A stretch of DNA of 64,000 bases from a candidate division WOR-3 bacterium (GCA_965648915.1 CBFGIV010000003.1:56905-120904); one strand, 5' to 3'. Shown: positions 50,615 through 59,957, counted from the first letter of the stretch. Notes: generated by a model from the sequence alone, not told the origin. Program-made: numbers and translations.

Positions 50615-52453
50615 TTAATCCAACCGAATTTTTACCAGGGACCTGACTAACCGTTGCTTACTGGTCTCGAGCTGGACAAAGTATACACCCGCGGGCACAA
50701 ATTCATTTTCATCTGAGGTGCCATCCCAGGTGATTATTATCATTCGATGCTGGATACCAGACAGCAGAGGTGAGAGATTTTTTACAACTCTTCCGCTCGC
50801 ATCAAAAACCTTTAATCTGATATTCCGGTCGTCACTTATATGAAATCGGATATTTATTCTTCGGCCGGTCGGATTTGGATAAACCATTAACTCTGTATCA
50901 GTAATCCGTGGTTGCTTATCGTTTTCAACAACTTCGGTTCTCTTTTCGATCATCAATGCACTAACTGAATATCTCGGTATGGTGTCGATGATAAAGGTAG
51001 AATCATTGCTAAGTATGTATCCCCGATCAACTATCCCGGTAGTTCCATTATATGGCGCACCGACCGGAGCATTATTCGTGATTGTCCATTTATGGGCCCG
51101 ACGATTGGATATGAACCCCCGGTGATAAATCGAAGCAGCAAATGCATTATGGGGATCCTTGTTTACAAAGATAACTCCAATATTGCCATCGACTCTTTTG
51201 GTCCCGAATGCCTCCAGGCCGGTTCCACTGGCTACAGCATTGGAAAGGGTCTTCAATACATTGTTACCAACTGTCTGTCGATATAGGGTGATGACATGAC
51301 AGGCCATACGTTGAGATAGAGAATCGCCCCGGATTATACCAAAGGTCGGAAAGTCGGTTGTATCGGTCTTATCATAAATAGAGTAAACCCCACCCAGCAC
51401 AACACTCTTCCGGATCAAATGGCCAATAACATCGGCAATAAATAGTCCATTGACATAATTCCACCAGACTGGATCCTTAGCAAAGATAAGACCGCTATTA
51501 TATTCACAGATTGCCAGATCGATCTGATTCCCACCACTGTAACGGCGAATTGAATCTCGCACCATATCAATCCAGACATCAAGTGCCAAACGCCAGGGAG
51601 TTGTGGTATCGGGAGATGCCAGCCACTGACGATACCTTGTTGAGTCTGAAAGGGTATCATAGTTTGGATAGTAGTGAATATCGACGAGATTAATCCTGGT
51701 ATTATTAGGGCCAATGACCGGACCGATCCAGGCAGTATTATTGGCCAGGGAAAGACCGACGATCTTTAAAGGTATCGGCGAATGAGCCCGCATACTATCA
51801 CAATAGGTGCGAACCAGGTTGCTGAACAAAACCGGGTTGACAAAACTGCTGTCCCTCCAGTTCCAGCGGTTAAAAGGAATGCCAAAATGGCGATAGAAAG
51901 TTATATTCCAGCCCGGGAAAAATAACCCCGAGATATCAGGCTCATTGCCTATTGCCCAATAGGTTACATTATAAGGAGCGGGATGACCACGGTTTGCCCG
52001 CAAACGTCCCATTGGTGTATTGGTATCGCCATTGCAATATTCAACATACCGGGCGGCTTTGCGCGGGTCGCTGATCTGAAAGTTAACCGTGAGCAGTGCT
52101 GGAATATTTAATCGCTCACAGAGTCGTAAAAGGCTATCGACTCCAAAACTGAGCGGCAGGGGGATGATAAGTGTATCAAAAAAATCGAGGTAAAATATCC
52201 CGTTATAATTGTTACCCTCCCAGTCATAATACTCAGCAGAAAATCCGCCAAAACGGAGGAAAGGACAGTTGGTCTTCCGCATCAATGAATCAAGACCTGG
52301 CATAGTAAAATTCTCTACCATCTCATCACCACTGCCCATAACATACTGGTTTACCACCCCGGTAATAGAATCATAAAATATATCGACCCGGGCAGGAAGG
52401 ATCTGGTTGAAAACTATCGCCGGTAAAGTTAATAAAAACACCAACTTTAACAT
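50615..52453 (-). CDS. Secreted clan-A glycoside hydrolase (GH44/51/79-like) with T9SS-type C-terminal domain
   Basis: LRFGG....YDW, YVEYCNG, YWAIGNEP (acid/base Glu), DIHYY, ICEYN (nucleophile); C-terminal YPNP...FDASGR...WDG...GVYF. Confidence 0.85.
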   Translation of the reverse strand: MLKLVFLLTLPAIVFNQILPARVDIFYDSITGVVNQYVMGSGDEMVENFTMPGLDSLMRKTNCPFLRFGGFSAEYYDWEGNNYNGIFYLDFFDTLIIPLPLSFGVDSLLRLCERLNIPALLTVNFQISDPRKAARYVEYCNGDTNTPMGRLRANRGHPAPYNVTYWAIGNEPDISGLFFPGWNITFYRHFGIPFNRWNWRDSSFVNPVLFSNLVRTYCDSMRAHSPIPLKIVGLSLANNTAWIGPVIGPNNTRINLVDIHYYPNYDTLSDSTRYRQWLASPDTTTPWRLALDVWIDMVRDSIRRYSGGNQIDLAICEYNSGLIFAKDPVWWNYVNGLFIADVIGHLIRKSVVLGGVYSIYDKTDTTDFPTFGIIRGDSLSQRMACHVITLYRQTVGNNVLKTLSNAVASGTGLEAFGTKRVDGNIGVIFVNKDPHNAFAASIYHRGFISNRRAHKWTITNNAPVGAPYNGTTGIVDRGYILSNDSTFIIDTIPRYSVSALMIEKRTEVVENDKQPRITDTELMVYPNPTGRRINIRFHISDDRNIRLKVFDASGRVVKNLSPLLSGIQHRMIIITWDGTSDENEFVPAGVYFVQLETSKQRLVRSLVKIRLD

Positions 52454-52471
52454 AAACTCTCCTTTGTTAAG

Positions 52472-52499
52472 AATATAGCCAATAACTTAAATTTATCAA
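52472..52499 (-). promoter_or_regulatory. sigma-70 promoter of the glycoside hydrolase gene
   Basis: TTGATA-16 nt-TATATT, then AAGGAG SD and ATG. Confidence 0.6.
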
Positions 52500-52597
52500 T
52501 TGTTTTTTGGTTCTTGATACCTTTAATATCGGTTTAATGCAGAGGATACGCCATTTAATTCAAAAGGATGGTTTAATAATGTAGTTTATAGTGATTC

Positions 52598-52644
52598 AAA
52601 AATAAAAACTCCTCAATCTTTCAGAAATGAAAGATCGAGGAGTT
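52598..52644 (-). terminator. Rho-independent terminator of the candidate sRNA
   Basis: Minus strand AACTCCTCGATCTTTCA-TTTC-TGAAAGATTGAGGAGTT (17-bp stem with one G-U) followed by TTTATTTTT. Confidence 0.85.
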
Positions 52645-52717
52645 GCATGCGCACCGTCGCTCCTTCAAGATTAAACCCCTCCGATTACCCCTACCGGCAA
52701 CGCGGCACTCACTATTT
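52600..52717 (-). ncRNA. Candidate sigma-54-dependent small RNA (~120 nt)
   Basis: GC-rich island bounded by a -24/-12 promoter and a strong terminator; no long ORF. Confidence 0.6.
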
Positions 52718-52727
52718 ATTTATATAC

Positions 52728-52743
52728 TGCAAAAATCGTGCCT
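52728..52743 (-). promoter_or_regulatory. sigma-54 (-24/-12) promoter
   Basis: Minus strand AGGCACGATTTTTGCA matches (T)GGCACG-N4-TTGCW with exact GG-N10-GC spacing; about 130 nt downstream of a sigma-54 activator gene. Confidence 0.85.
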
Positions 52744-52810
52744 GAATATCAATTGGCTAATCACGGATAAAATGGGAGATATAGATTGTTGACTTTTAAC
52801 CCAGTCTCGA

Positions 52811-52875
52811 AAAATGGATACTTACTATCTATTTTTCAAAAGTTTTGAAAAATTAGAAAAAAAGTGGATACTCAC
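52811..52875. repeat. Direct repeats flanking a palindrome (candidate enhancer / UAS)
   Basis: AAAATGGATACTTAC (52811) and AAAGTGGATACTCAC (52861), 50 bp apart, flanking TTTTTCAAAA-G-TTTTGAAAAA (52832-52852). Confidence 0.55.
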
Positions 52876-54806
52876 TGACCAGTTTTGAAATCGGCAGGAT
52901 CGATTCTTAGGCTCCTCAGCCTTTTTCTCAGTGTAACACGGGTAATACCCAGATCCCTGCTGGTCCGGCTTATATTTCCATAATTTTTCCTCAATGCTTC
53001 TGTTATTGCACCTTTCTCAATCTCCTGTTTAATCTCATTAAGTTTTGGAATTCTTCTAAAGTCAGTTCTTAGGTTGAGGTCTCTTGGACAGATTACGCCA
53101 TCGTGGTCCATAATTACCGCCCGCTCAATCACATGGGCCAGTTCCCGCACATTTCCCGGCCAGCGGTATTCTTTTAAGAGGTGGTGGGCCTCGGGTGTAA
53201 ATTCCTTAACCGGTTTATCATAGGCTTTTGAGTACCGTTCCATGAAATGCTTTGCCAGGAGAAAAACATCATCTCCCCGTTCACATAGTGCTGGGAGGTG
53301 AATCGAGATCACATTCAAACGATAAAAGAGATCCCGACGAAATTTACCTTCGTGGACACTCGCCTCGAGATTTCGATTTGTTGCTGCAATAATCCGCACA
53401 TCGACCGAGATCGGGGTCTTTCCCCCGATGCGCTGAATCTTGCCTTCTTCAACTGCACGCAGGATCTTGGGCTGAAGATGGAGTGGTAACTCGCCGATTT
53501 CATCCAGGAATATCGAACCGGTGTGGGCAAGTTCAAATTTTCCCTTCTGGGTCGTATAGGCACCGGTAAAAGAACCGCGTTCGTGTCCGAACAGTTCACT
53601 CTCAATCAGGTTTTCCGGTATGGCTCCGCAGTTGACGATAATAAATGGTTTATCTCGCCTCCGGCTCTTTTCGTGGATCAATCGGGCAACTACCTCTTTA
53701 CCCGTGCCCGTTTCACCGGTGATCAAGATTGTTGCATCGACCATTGTCAGACGATCAATCATTGCCCGGACATTTTTCAAAGCCGGGCATTCACCAATCA
53801 AAACCAAATGTTCATCCGATTTAACTTCACATTTATGAAGCGAGGCAATCTGTCCATCTCCTTTTTCCTTGGCAATCTGTAATGCCTGTTCCGCACTATC
53901 GATGATATCTTCAGCCAGTTTTACCTCTTCCGCCTTACAGGCAACAAAACCGATACATACGGTCAGATTCAATCTTTTTTCTCCAAAACCAAATTGATTC
54001 TTTTCAATCTTCTCTTTGAGTCGGAAAGCAACACGGGCTGCAGCACTATGATCGGTTTCGGGTAAAATGATAGCAAGTTTATCACCGCCAATTCGGGCAA
54101 GGATATCGGTACTTCTGATGCTTTCCTTAATAATTTCAACAATCATCTTGAGGACTGCATTCCCACCAGAATGGTCGAAGATAGCATTGATTCTTTTAAA
54201 ATCATCAATATCAATAATGATGAGTGAGATCGGTTTTTTGTAACGGAGACAACGCTGAAGTTCTTCAGTCAACCTCCTCCTGAAATATTCTATGTTATAG
54301 ATACCGAGCAGTTGATCCCTGATATTAGAATCATAGAGAAGGAGATTTTCGATTACGACCGCCGCCTGGAGGAGAAAATTATCGATCAATAAAAGTGTCT
54401 CTCGGGTAAGCGGTCTGGATTTTGATTCACGGTGTGCGTAGATAAAGCCAAGGGCTGTCTGTCCGGTCAGAATTGGTAAACAGAGAAATGACGCAATCTT
54501 TCTATCTTTGATAATCTCTGATCGATCATTGGCTTGATAGACCATCTTTTTTGAAGCAGTGGCCTGCTCGGCAATCTCCCGAACTCGATTATAGTGAGGT
54601 TGGTCGAAAATTTCCTTTGAAATCCCTTTGCCAATAAAAGTAAGTGGTCGACCGGGCATTTCAAAAGTGACGATCATTCCTTGTTCCATATCAGCGAGAG
54701 AGATTATCTGGGTAAGAATATAATCAAGGAGGTCGGTTAAAGACCTAAATGTTATAAGTTTCTTACCTAAGTCAATCGTCTTATTCAGCATCATGATCTG
54801 GCCCAT
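52872..54806 (-). CDS. sigma-54-dependent Fis-family activator with GAF and degenerate GGDEF domains
   Basis: GAF; DIDDFKRIN...RSTDILARIGGDKL; GETGTGKE, ESELFGHERGSFTGA, FLDEIGE, RIIAATN, WPGNVREL; C-terminal HTH. Confidence 0.93.
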   Translation of the reverse strand: MGQIMMLNKTIDLGKKLITFRSLTDLLDYILTQIISLADMEQGMIVTFEMPGRPLTFIGKGISKEIFDQPHYNRVREIAEQATASKKMVYQANDRSEIIKDRKIASFLCLPILTGQTALGFIYAHRESKSRPLTRETLLLIDNFLLQAAVVIENLLLYDSNIRDQLLGIYNIEYFRRRLTEELQRCLRYKKPISLIIIDIDDFKRINAIFDHSGGNAVLKMIVEIIKESIRSTDILARIGGDKLAIILPETDHSAAARVAFRLKEKIEKNQFGFGEKRLNLTVCIGFVACKAEEVKLAEDIIDSAEQALQIAKEKGDGQIASLHKCEVKSDEHLVLIGECPALKNVRAMIDRLTMVDATILITGETGTGKEVVARLIHEKSRRRDKPFIIVNCGAIPENLIESELFGHERGSFTGAYTTQKGKFELAHTGSIFLDEIGELPLHLQPKILRAVEEGKIQRIGGKTPISVDVRIIAATNRNLEASVHEGKFRRDLFYRLNVISIHLPALCERGDDVFLLAKHFMERYSKAYDKPVKEFTPEAHHLLKEYRWPGNVRELAHVIERAVIMDHDGVICPRDLNLRTDFRRIPKLNEIKQEIEKGAITEALRKNYGNISRTSRDLGITRVTLRKRLRSLRIDPADFKTGQ

Positions 54807-55014
54807 AAAATCTGGTTTAATTATACCCTCGCCTGAATCTTTTTCAAGCCGAATTTTGTCAAGGTATGTATAAAATATTTTTTTAATCCCTGACCAATAA
54901 CATAATCCTCAAGAAATATTTCTGCAAGAGAAATTTACCAAATTTAGATTTTAATACTTCCTCAAACGTATCCTTAGAAATGATGTCTCGGTCAACGGAC
55001 AATTAAGGGCTTTT

Positions 55015-55518
55015 TTAATCGGTCCTGGTAATTTTCTGTTTTGATGCCCGGAGCAGATAGTTCTTGCCGGTTCGGACATTAACCAATCGGGTAACCACAT
55101 CTACTTCAATACCAATCTCCCATTTTGGCCCATTACTTGCTGACTTCTCCAGAACATTCTTTTCGCCCCCTTTATTTTCACCGGTGAATTCGGTCTCCCA
55201 GATCTCCTGCGTCCCTTTAATTACCCAGAGATGATTGGCATTCAATTCTGCAGGGAATTCTAAGGTGTCGGAAGCAATAATCTTGACCGCGGCCATCAGG
55301 GGTGAACCTTCGGGTGGAGTCACAGGCATAAAGTCCCGCCAGAGAGCCGCCTCTAATGAATAACCCCTTCCGTCGATTTCGATCTTTTCTGGTGCATTAA
55401 TGAGGGTGTTAAGCGAGATGGTAGATACACCCTGTTTGGTAAATTTACAGCCAGGGTATAAGATAAGAAAGATGATAGCCGCAAAGATTAGGTTACTGAT
55501 TATTATCTTCTGGACCAT
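55015..55518 (-). CDS. Hypothetical lipoprotein
   Basis: Signal peptide ending YPGC; LWRDFMP..PP.G, GPKW; SD GGAGG. Confidence 0.75.
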   Translation of the reverse strand: MVQKIIISNLIFAAIIFLILYPGCKFTKQGVSTISLNTLINAPEKIEIDGRGYSLEAALWRDFMPVTPPEGSPLMAAVKIIASDTLEFPAELNANHLWVIKGTQEIWETEFTGENKGGEKNVLEKSASNGPKWEIGIEVDVVTRLVNVRTGKNYLLRASKQKITRTD

Positions 55519-55579
55519 AAAACCTCCTTAATGATTTTTCACTAAATTCCGGTCTTTAACTAATATATCATTCATCCAA

Positions 55580-56941
55580 CTATTTACCAATACAGAACTC
55601 ACTGAAGATCCGGTTGAGGATATCCTCACTCGTTATCTTCCCGACCATCTCACCGAGCGCATCGAGGGCCGAACGGAGTTCAACTGCAATGGTTTCAAAA
55701 AAGTCCTCTTTCAATGCATGACTTAAAGCGGAGTGGACATTTTTGAGCGCTTCAAGGTGGCGGCGCCGGGTAATTATTGTTCCTTCTGGTGCTTGATTTC
55801 TGAAGAAATTATAAATATTTCTGGTTAAACCTTCGATCCCATCACCGGTCCGTGCCGATACATCAAGAGCCATAAGCCTTTTCCTGGCTCTACTCAGTAT
55901 CTCATTATGGTCCAGGCGTGACGGCAGGTCTGATTTGTTAAAAATTATGATCCGGTCCTGGTCCTCGGTCCATTTAATAATTTCAAAATCAAAATCTTCG
56001 GCAGGGAGGGATCGATCAAAGAGAAGGAGTAACAGGTCGGCTTCTTTGATTACTTTCTTTGTCTGCTCCTGAGCCATTGCTTCAATCCGATCCTTTATCC
56101 AGCCTACCCCAGCCGTATCGACCAGGCGAAACTGCAGATCATCGATGATCAAGTTCTCTTCGATAAAGTCACGGGTTGTCCCGGGGATTTCGGTAACCAT
56201 AACTCTTTCCACACCTAAGAGACGATTGAAGAGACTCGACTTGCCGACATTCGGTTTGCCAATAATCACAACCTTTGGTCCTGCGCGCATTATAATTCCA
56301 CCTCGCGCCCGGTTAAGTTCGGACTCGACGGTATTTTTTATCCTCGATATTTGATCTTTAATCCCCTCGAGACCCTGCCATTCTTCATCTTCCGGGAAGT
56401 CAAGATTGGCTTCAACCTGGATAAGGACCTGCTCAAGTTGATCTGCAATCTTTTTTATCTTTTCAGAAAGTCCACCGGCCAGTTGATAATAGGCATTCCG
56501 CCGCGCCCACTGGCTCTGGGCCGTAGTTAGATCAAGAATTGCCTCGGCCTGGATGAGATCGAACTTTCCATTGAGGAGTGCCCTTCGGGTAAATTCTCCG
56601 GCCTGGGCCAATCGCCCTCCCTGTTCAATTATGAGACCGATTATCTCGTCAATAAGCAGGGGGTTACCGTGGCAGGATATCTCAACCAGATCTTCACCAG
56701 TATAACTCTTTGGCTCCTTAAATACCGTAACCATAACATCGTCGATGGGTTCCCGGGTCTTCGGATCGAAGATCGTGCCATAATGGACCGAATGCGAGGC
56801 TACCGTCTGGAGACTGGATTTCCCGGTGAATAACCGCGTAATCAGTTCGATTGCATCAGGTCCACTGACCCGAATTACTCCGATCGCCGATATCCCGGCT
56901 GGTGTTGCGGGCGCGACAATTGTATCACCTTTTGGCTCGAT
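55580..56941 (-). CDS. mnmE: tRNA modification GTPase MnmE (453 codons if started at ATC 56941)
   Basis: The frame stays open upstream of the track's 56734 start and encodes the conserved N-terminus GDTIVAPATPAGISAIGVIRVSG; SYTGED, GKPNVGKSS, GTTRD, DTAG, FCIGK. Confidence 0.93.
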   Translation of the reverse strand: MEPKGDTIVAPATPAGISAIGVIRVSGPDAIELITRLFTGKSSLQTVASHSVHYGTIFDPKTREPIDDVMVTVFKEPKSYTGEDLVEISCHGNPLLIDEIIGLIIEQGGRLAQAGEFTRRALLNGKFDLIQAEAILDLTTAQSQWARRNAYYQLAGGLSEKIKKIADQLEQVLIQVEANLDFPEDEEWQGLEGIKDQISRIKNTVESELNRARGGIIMRAGPKVVIIGKPNVGKSSLFNRLLGVERVMVTEIPGTTRDFIEENLIIDDLQFRLVDTAGVGWIKDRIEAMAQEQTKKVIKEADLLLLLFDRSLPAEDFDFEIIKWTEDQDRIIIFNKSDLPSRLDHNEILSRARKRLMALDVSARTGDGIEGLTRNIYNFFRNQAPEGTIITRRRHLEALKNVHSALSHALKEDFFETIAVELRSALDALGEMVGKITSEDILNRIFSEFCIGK

Positions 56942-57008
56942 AGGTCATTCACCTCGAAAGAAAAAGTTGATCTAAGATATCAATTCAAGAAGTCAGTCCC
57001 AAGATAAG

Positions 57009-57623
57009 TCATTTTTCCGGTTGCTTTTTCTTACCTTCAGCCGGTGCAATGATTACATTCTGTTTAACCCCGCTGCCGATTGTATAAGACCTTACACCCG
57101 ATATTCGACTCAAAGTCTTTTCCACCACCTGCCGCTCTTTCTCAGTCAAAGGGTCTAATGCCATTTCTCGTCCGGTCGCCTGAACAATCCGGGCAATGGC
57201 TTCGGTCTTACGACGGAGAAAGTTTTCACGCCGCATTCGATAACCACCAACATCAATAAGGATTTTGATATCCGGATAGGTGCGGCGCATAATACGCAGG
57301 ACCAGATGCTGCAGGGCAGCAAGGGTATCGCCTTTACGCCCGATGAGCAAACCATCTGAATGGCGCGTGCGGATATTGACGTAGTAGCCGTTGTCGTCTT
57401 TTTTGGTTTCAATGTTTACCTTAAAACCTAAACTCGTAACGAGGTATTTTGTTAAATCACTGATTTCCTGTTCGAGATTGCGAATCGAAGCCTTTATCTT
57501 TGTTTCCTGCTCATTTGAGGAAACAATTTCATATTTCAGTGCCTCCTTCTTTACCCGTAATTCCCTGGCCGCATTATCTAAGGCTTCATCTACTGTCTTG
57601 CCGACGATCTCGATTTCATTCAT
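57009..57623 (-). CDS. jag: Jag/KhpB (EloR) RNA-binding protein
   Basis: GKTVDEA; KH domain GLLIGRKG.TL.ALQ; degenerate R3H region; position between yidC and mnmE. Confidence 0.9.
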   Translation of the reverse strand: MNEIEIVGKTVDEALDNAARELRVKKEALKYEIVSSNEQETKIKASIRNLEQEISDLTKYLVTSLGFKVNIETKKDDNGYYVNIRTRHSDGLLIGRKGDTLAALQHLVLRIMRRTYPDIKILIDVGGYRMRRENFLRRKTEAIARIVQATGREMALDPLTEKERQVVEKTLSRISGVRSYTIGSGVKQNVIIAPAEGKKKQPEK

Positions 57624-59065
57624 TTAATACCTCCATATCGTTTGATCACAAACTGTTCAATTAAAGAAAAAACCGTATAGACAAACCAATAGAGTTGCAG
57701 ACCCGATGGCATAAAGAGGAAGATATAGGTCATAAATACCGGCATCAATATGACCATCATCTTCTGCCGCGGGTCGGTAAGGGTAAAGAGACTCTGGACG
57801 ATTGAAATTACCCCCATTGCAATAGGCAGGATATAATATGGGTCTTTAAGCGATAAGTCATCGATCCAGAGGAGAAAAGGTGCCCGCCGCAATTCAATTG
57901 AGGTCGTGAGCATAGAATACAGGGCAAAGAATATCGGCATCTGAATTAACAGGGGCAAACAACCGCTGAGAGGATTGACCTTATAGGCTTTATACATTGC
58001 CATAATCTCCCGATTCATCTCACCCGGATTGTCCCTGTATTTTGCCTGGATCTTCTGAATCTCGGGTTGAATCAACTGCATCCGTTTCTGAGCCTTAAGC
58101 ATATTCATTGAGAGGGGAAAGAATATTGTTTTGACGATAAGGGCAAAGAGAACTATCGCCCAGCCATAATTTTTTAAAAAAACATAGAATAACTTTAACA
58201 CTGAGAGAAAAAATCGTGAAATCGGTCCGAAAATTCCCCCTTTGATAATTTCTTCAAAATTGCGATTAAATTTTTTAAGCAGATTATACTGAAGCGGCAA
58301 ACAATAGACCTGAAATCTTTCACTTCCAAAACTATAAATCCTTAGACCGAATCGCTTATCTTCAAGCGCCATGGTTGTGGCACTATCCAGTTGGCCATTG
58401 TTAACCAGGGCCAGAAAGAAATATTTATTTCGTAAACCAAGCCACTCGGGGTTCCAGCGATGGGTATAAAAATTCTTTCTGTCCTTGAAAATCTTCTCTT
58501 TGCCTTTTAAGTAGATAGCAAAATGCTTGAGATCTTCATTCTTATTCTTAGTCTCAGTTATTGCCATACCGGACTCAAGGGAATTGATCAACAAGAAATT
58601 TTCCGGTTCGCCTCTGATAACCAGTTCAAAACCATAGGGGTCATTGAAAATAAATTTTTTTTCTAATCTCATATTCTCAAGTTCTTTAATGAAGGTCAGG
58701 GTTTCGCCATCAGCCTTGAAGGCAAATCCAGCCCGGGATAGATTTCGATCGCCGAATAGATTGGTAAATAGATAACCGTCCGGCGGGACCAACTCTGCAT
58801 CGAACTCTTTAAGATAGAGCGATTTAAGACCGGCGCCAATATTGGAGAAGACCGCCCGGAAATTTTCCCGATCAATCACAACGGTCTCTTCTTTTATCGA
58901 ATCGACCATCGGTTTGATTGTTTCCTGCTGGACAACAGCCTTCTTAACAGTGGTGTCGACCGGTTTTTCAGCCTCTTTCGATTTCGGCCGGTATAACTGA
59001 TTGGTCAAAAAGAGGATGGCAAAGGTTATGATAAAGAAAATGATAAGGCGTCGGGTCTCATTCAT
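57620..59065 (-). CDS. yidC: Membrane protein insertase YidC
   Basis: [39 protein letters not shown]. Confidence 0.96.
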   Translation of the reverse strand: MNETRRLIIFFIITFAILFLTNQLYRPKSKEAEKPVDTTVKKAVVQQETIKPMVDSIKEETVVIDRENFRAVFSNIGAGLKSLYLKEFDAELVPPDGYLFTNLFGDRNLSRAGFAFKADGETLTFIKELENMRLEKKFIFNDPYGFELVIRGEPENFLLINSLESGMAITETKNKNEDLKHFAIYLKGKEKIFKDRKNFYTHRWNPEWLGLRNKYFFLALVNNGQLDSATTMALEDKRFGLRIYSFGSERFQVYCLPLQYNLLKKFNRNFEEIIKGGIFGPISRFFLSVLKLFYVFLKNYGWAIVLFALIVKTIFFPLSMNMLKAQKRMQLIQPEIQKIQAKYRDNPGEMNREIMAMYKAYKVNPLSGCLPLLIQMPIFFALYSMLTTSIELRRAPFLLWIDDLSLKDPYYILPIAMGVISIVQSLFTLTDPRQKMMVILMPVFMTYIFLFMPSGLQLYWFVYTVFSLIEQFVIKRYGGIK

Positions 59066-59313
59066 TTCTCAAGTCCTGTTTTTAAGCGATGGTCGCCCAT
59101 TTCTCTTTTGACCGGATCATAGCCACCGGCAAAGAATGGGTTACACCGTAAGATTCTCAGTCCCGCCATTATCCCGCCTTTGAAAATACCATATGCGGCG
59201 ATTGCTTCAAGGGCATACTGAGAGCAGGAAGGATGATAACGACATACCCGGGGCAGAAATGGCCCGATAAAATTCTGATAACCTTTAATCAAAAAAGTTA
59301 GAAGTTTTTCCAT
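59062..59313 (-). CDS. yidD: Membrane protein insertion efficiency factor YidD
   Basis: [24 protein letters not shown]. Confidence 0.96.
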   Translation of the reverse strand: MEKLLTFLIKGYQNFIGPFLPRVCRYHPSCSQYALEAIAAYGIFKGGIMAGLRILRCNPFFAGGYDPVKREMGDHRLKTGLEK

Positions 59314-59633
59314 CTGCTTAGATCTCGGCTCAGGGTTACGATACTTTCACATGATTCCTTAAAATCGAGATTGCTATCCGCATAAAATACCAGATGATAG
59401 TTACCAAAGAGACTCTTATTTAATCGATAAGCCTCACGTAAGATGCGCTTAATTCTATTACGATCCACCGCATTTTTGATCTTGCTACTAACAAAAAATG
59501 CCGCCTTACGTTTCTCGGCTACCAAATAGAAGAGAGTGATACGGTTGTAACGAACCTTCATCCCGCGGTCAAAGACCTGCTGGATCTCATTTTTCAATTT
59601 CAACCTCTCACTTTTGGCAAGAGTGAATTCCAT
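59298..59633 (-). CDS. rnpA: Ribonuclease P protein component
   Basis: [21 protein letters not shown] (RNR motif). Confidence 0.95.
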   Translation of the reverse strand: MEFTLAKSERLKLKNEIQQVFDRGMKVRYNRITLFYLVAEKRKAAFFVSSKIKNAVDRNRIKRILREAYRLNKSLFGNYHLVFYADSNLDFKESCESIVTLSRDLSRWKNF

Positions 59634-59646
59634 ATAAAAATCAGAA

Positions 59647-59793
59647 CTATTTCCCTACCCGGACCGTCAGTCGTTTCCTTCCCTTTAACCGCCTCCTGCT
59701 GAGAACCCTTCTCCCGCCTTTGGTCTTCATCCGGGCTCGAAAACCGTGTGTCCGAATTCTCTTAATTCGAGATGGTTGATAAGTTCTCTTCAT
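59647..59793 (-). CDS. rpmH: 50S ribosomal protein L34
   Basis: Missing from the ORF track. [56 protein letters not shown]. Confidence 0.98.
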   Translation of the reverse strand: MKRTYQPSRIKRIRTHGFRARMKTKGGRRVLSRRRLKGRKRLTVRVGK

Positions 59794-59812
59794 CTGTAGT
59801 CTCCTTCGTTAT

Positions 59813-59840
59813 ATTATAGCGAGAAAAGTCGAAAAGTCAA
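59813..59840 (-). promoter_or_regulatory. sigma-70 promoter of the rpmH operon
   Basis: TTGACT-16 nt-TATAAT. Confidence 0.75.
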
Positions 59841-59957
59841 CGAGATAAATGTTGCGTATAACTTCTAAATTTTTATCGGAAAGAATAAATAATAAGGTGT
59901 ATCCCGGGTATAAGCCTGAAATTTTTAACAGCAAGGCTTATGTTGAATTTAAAAAGG

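Noticed and set aside
54807..54910. Open in-frame stretch upstream of the sigma-54 activator start
   Set aside because: No canonical start codon or SD, and it contains a good TTGAAA-16-TATAAT promoter for ATG 54806.
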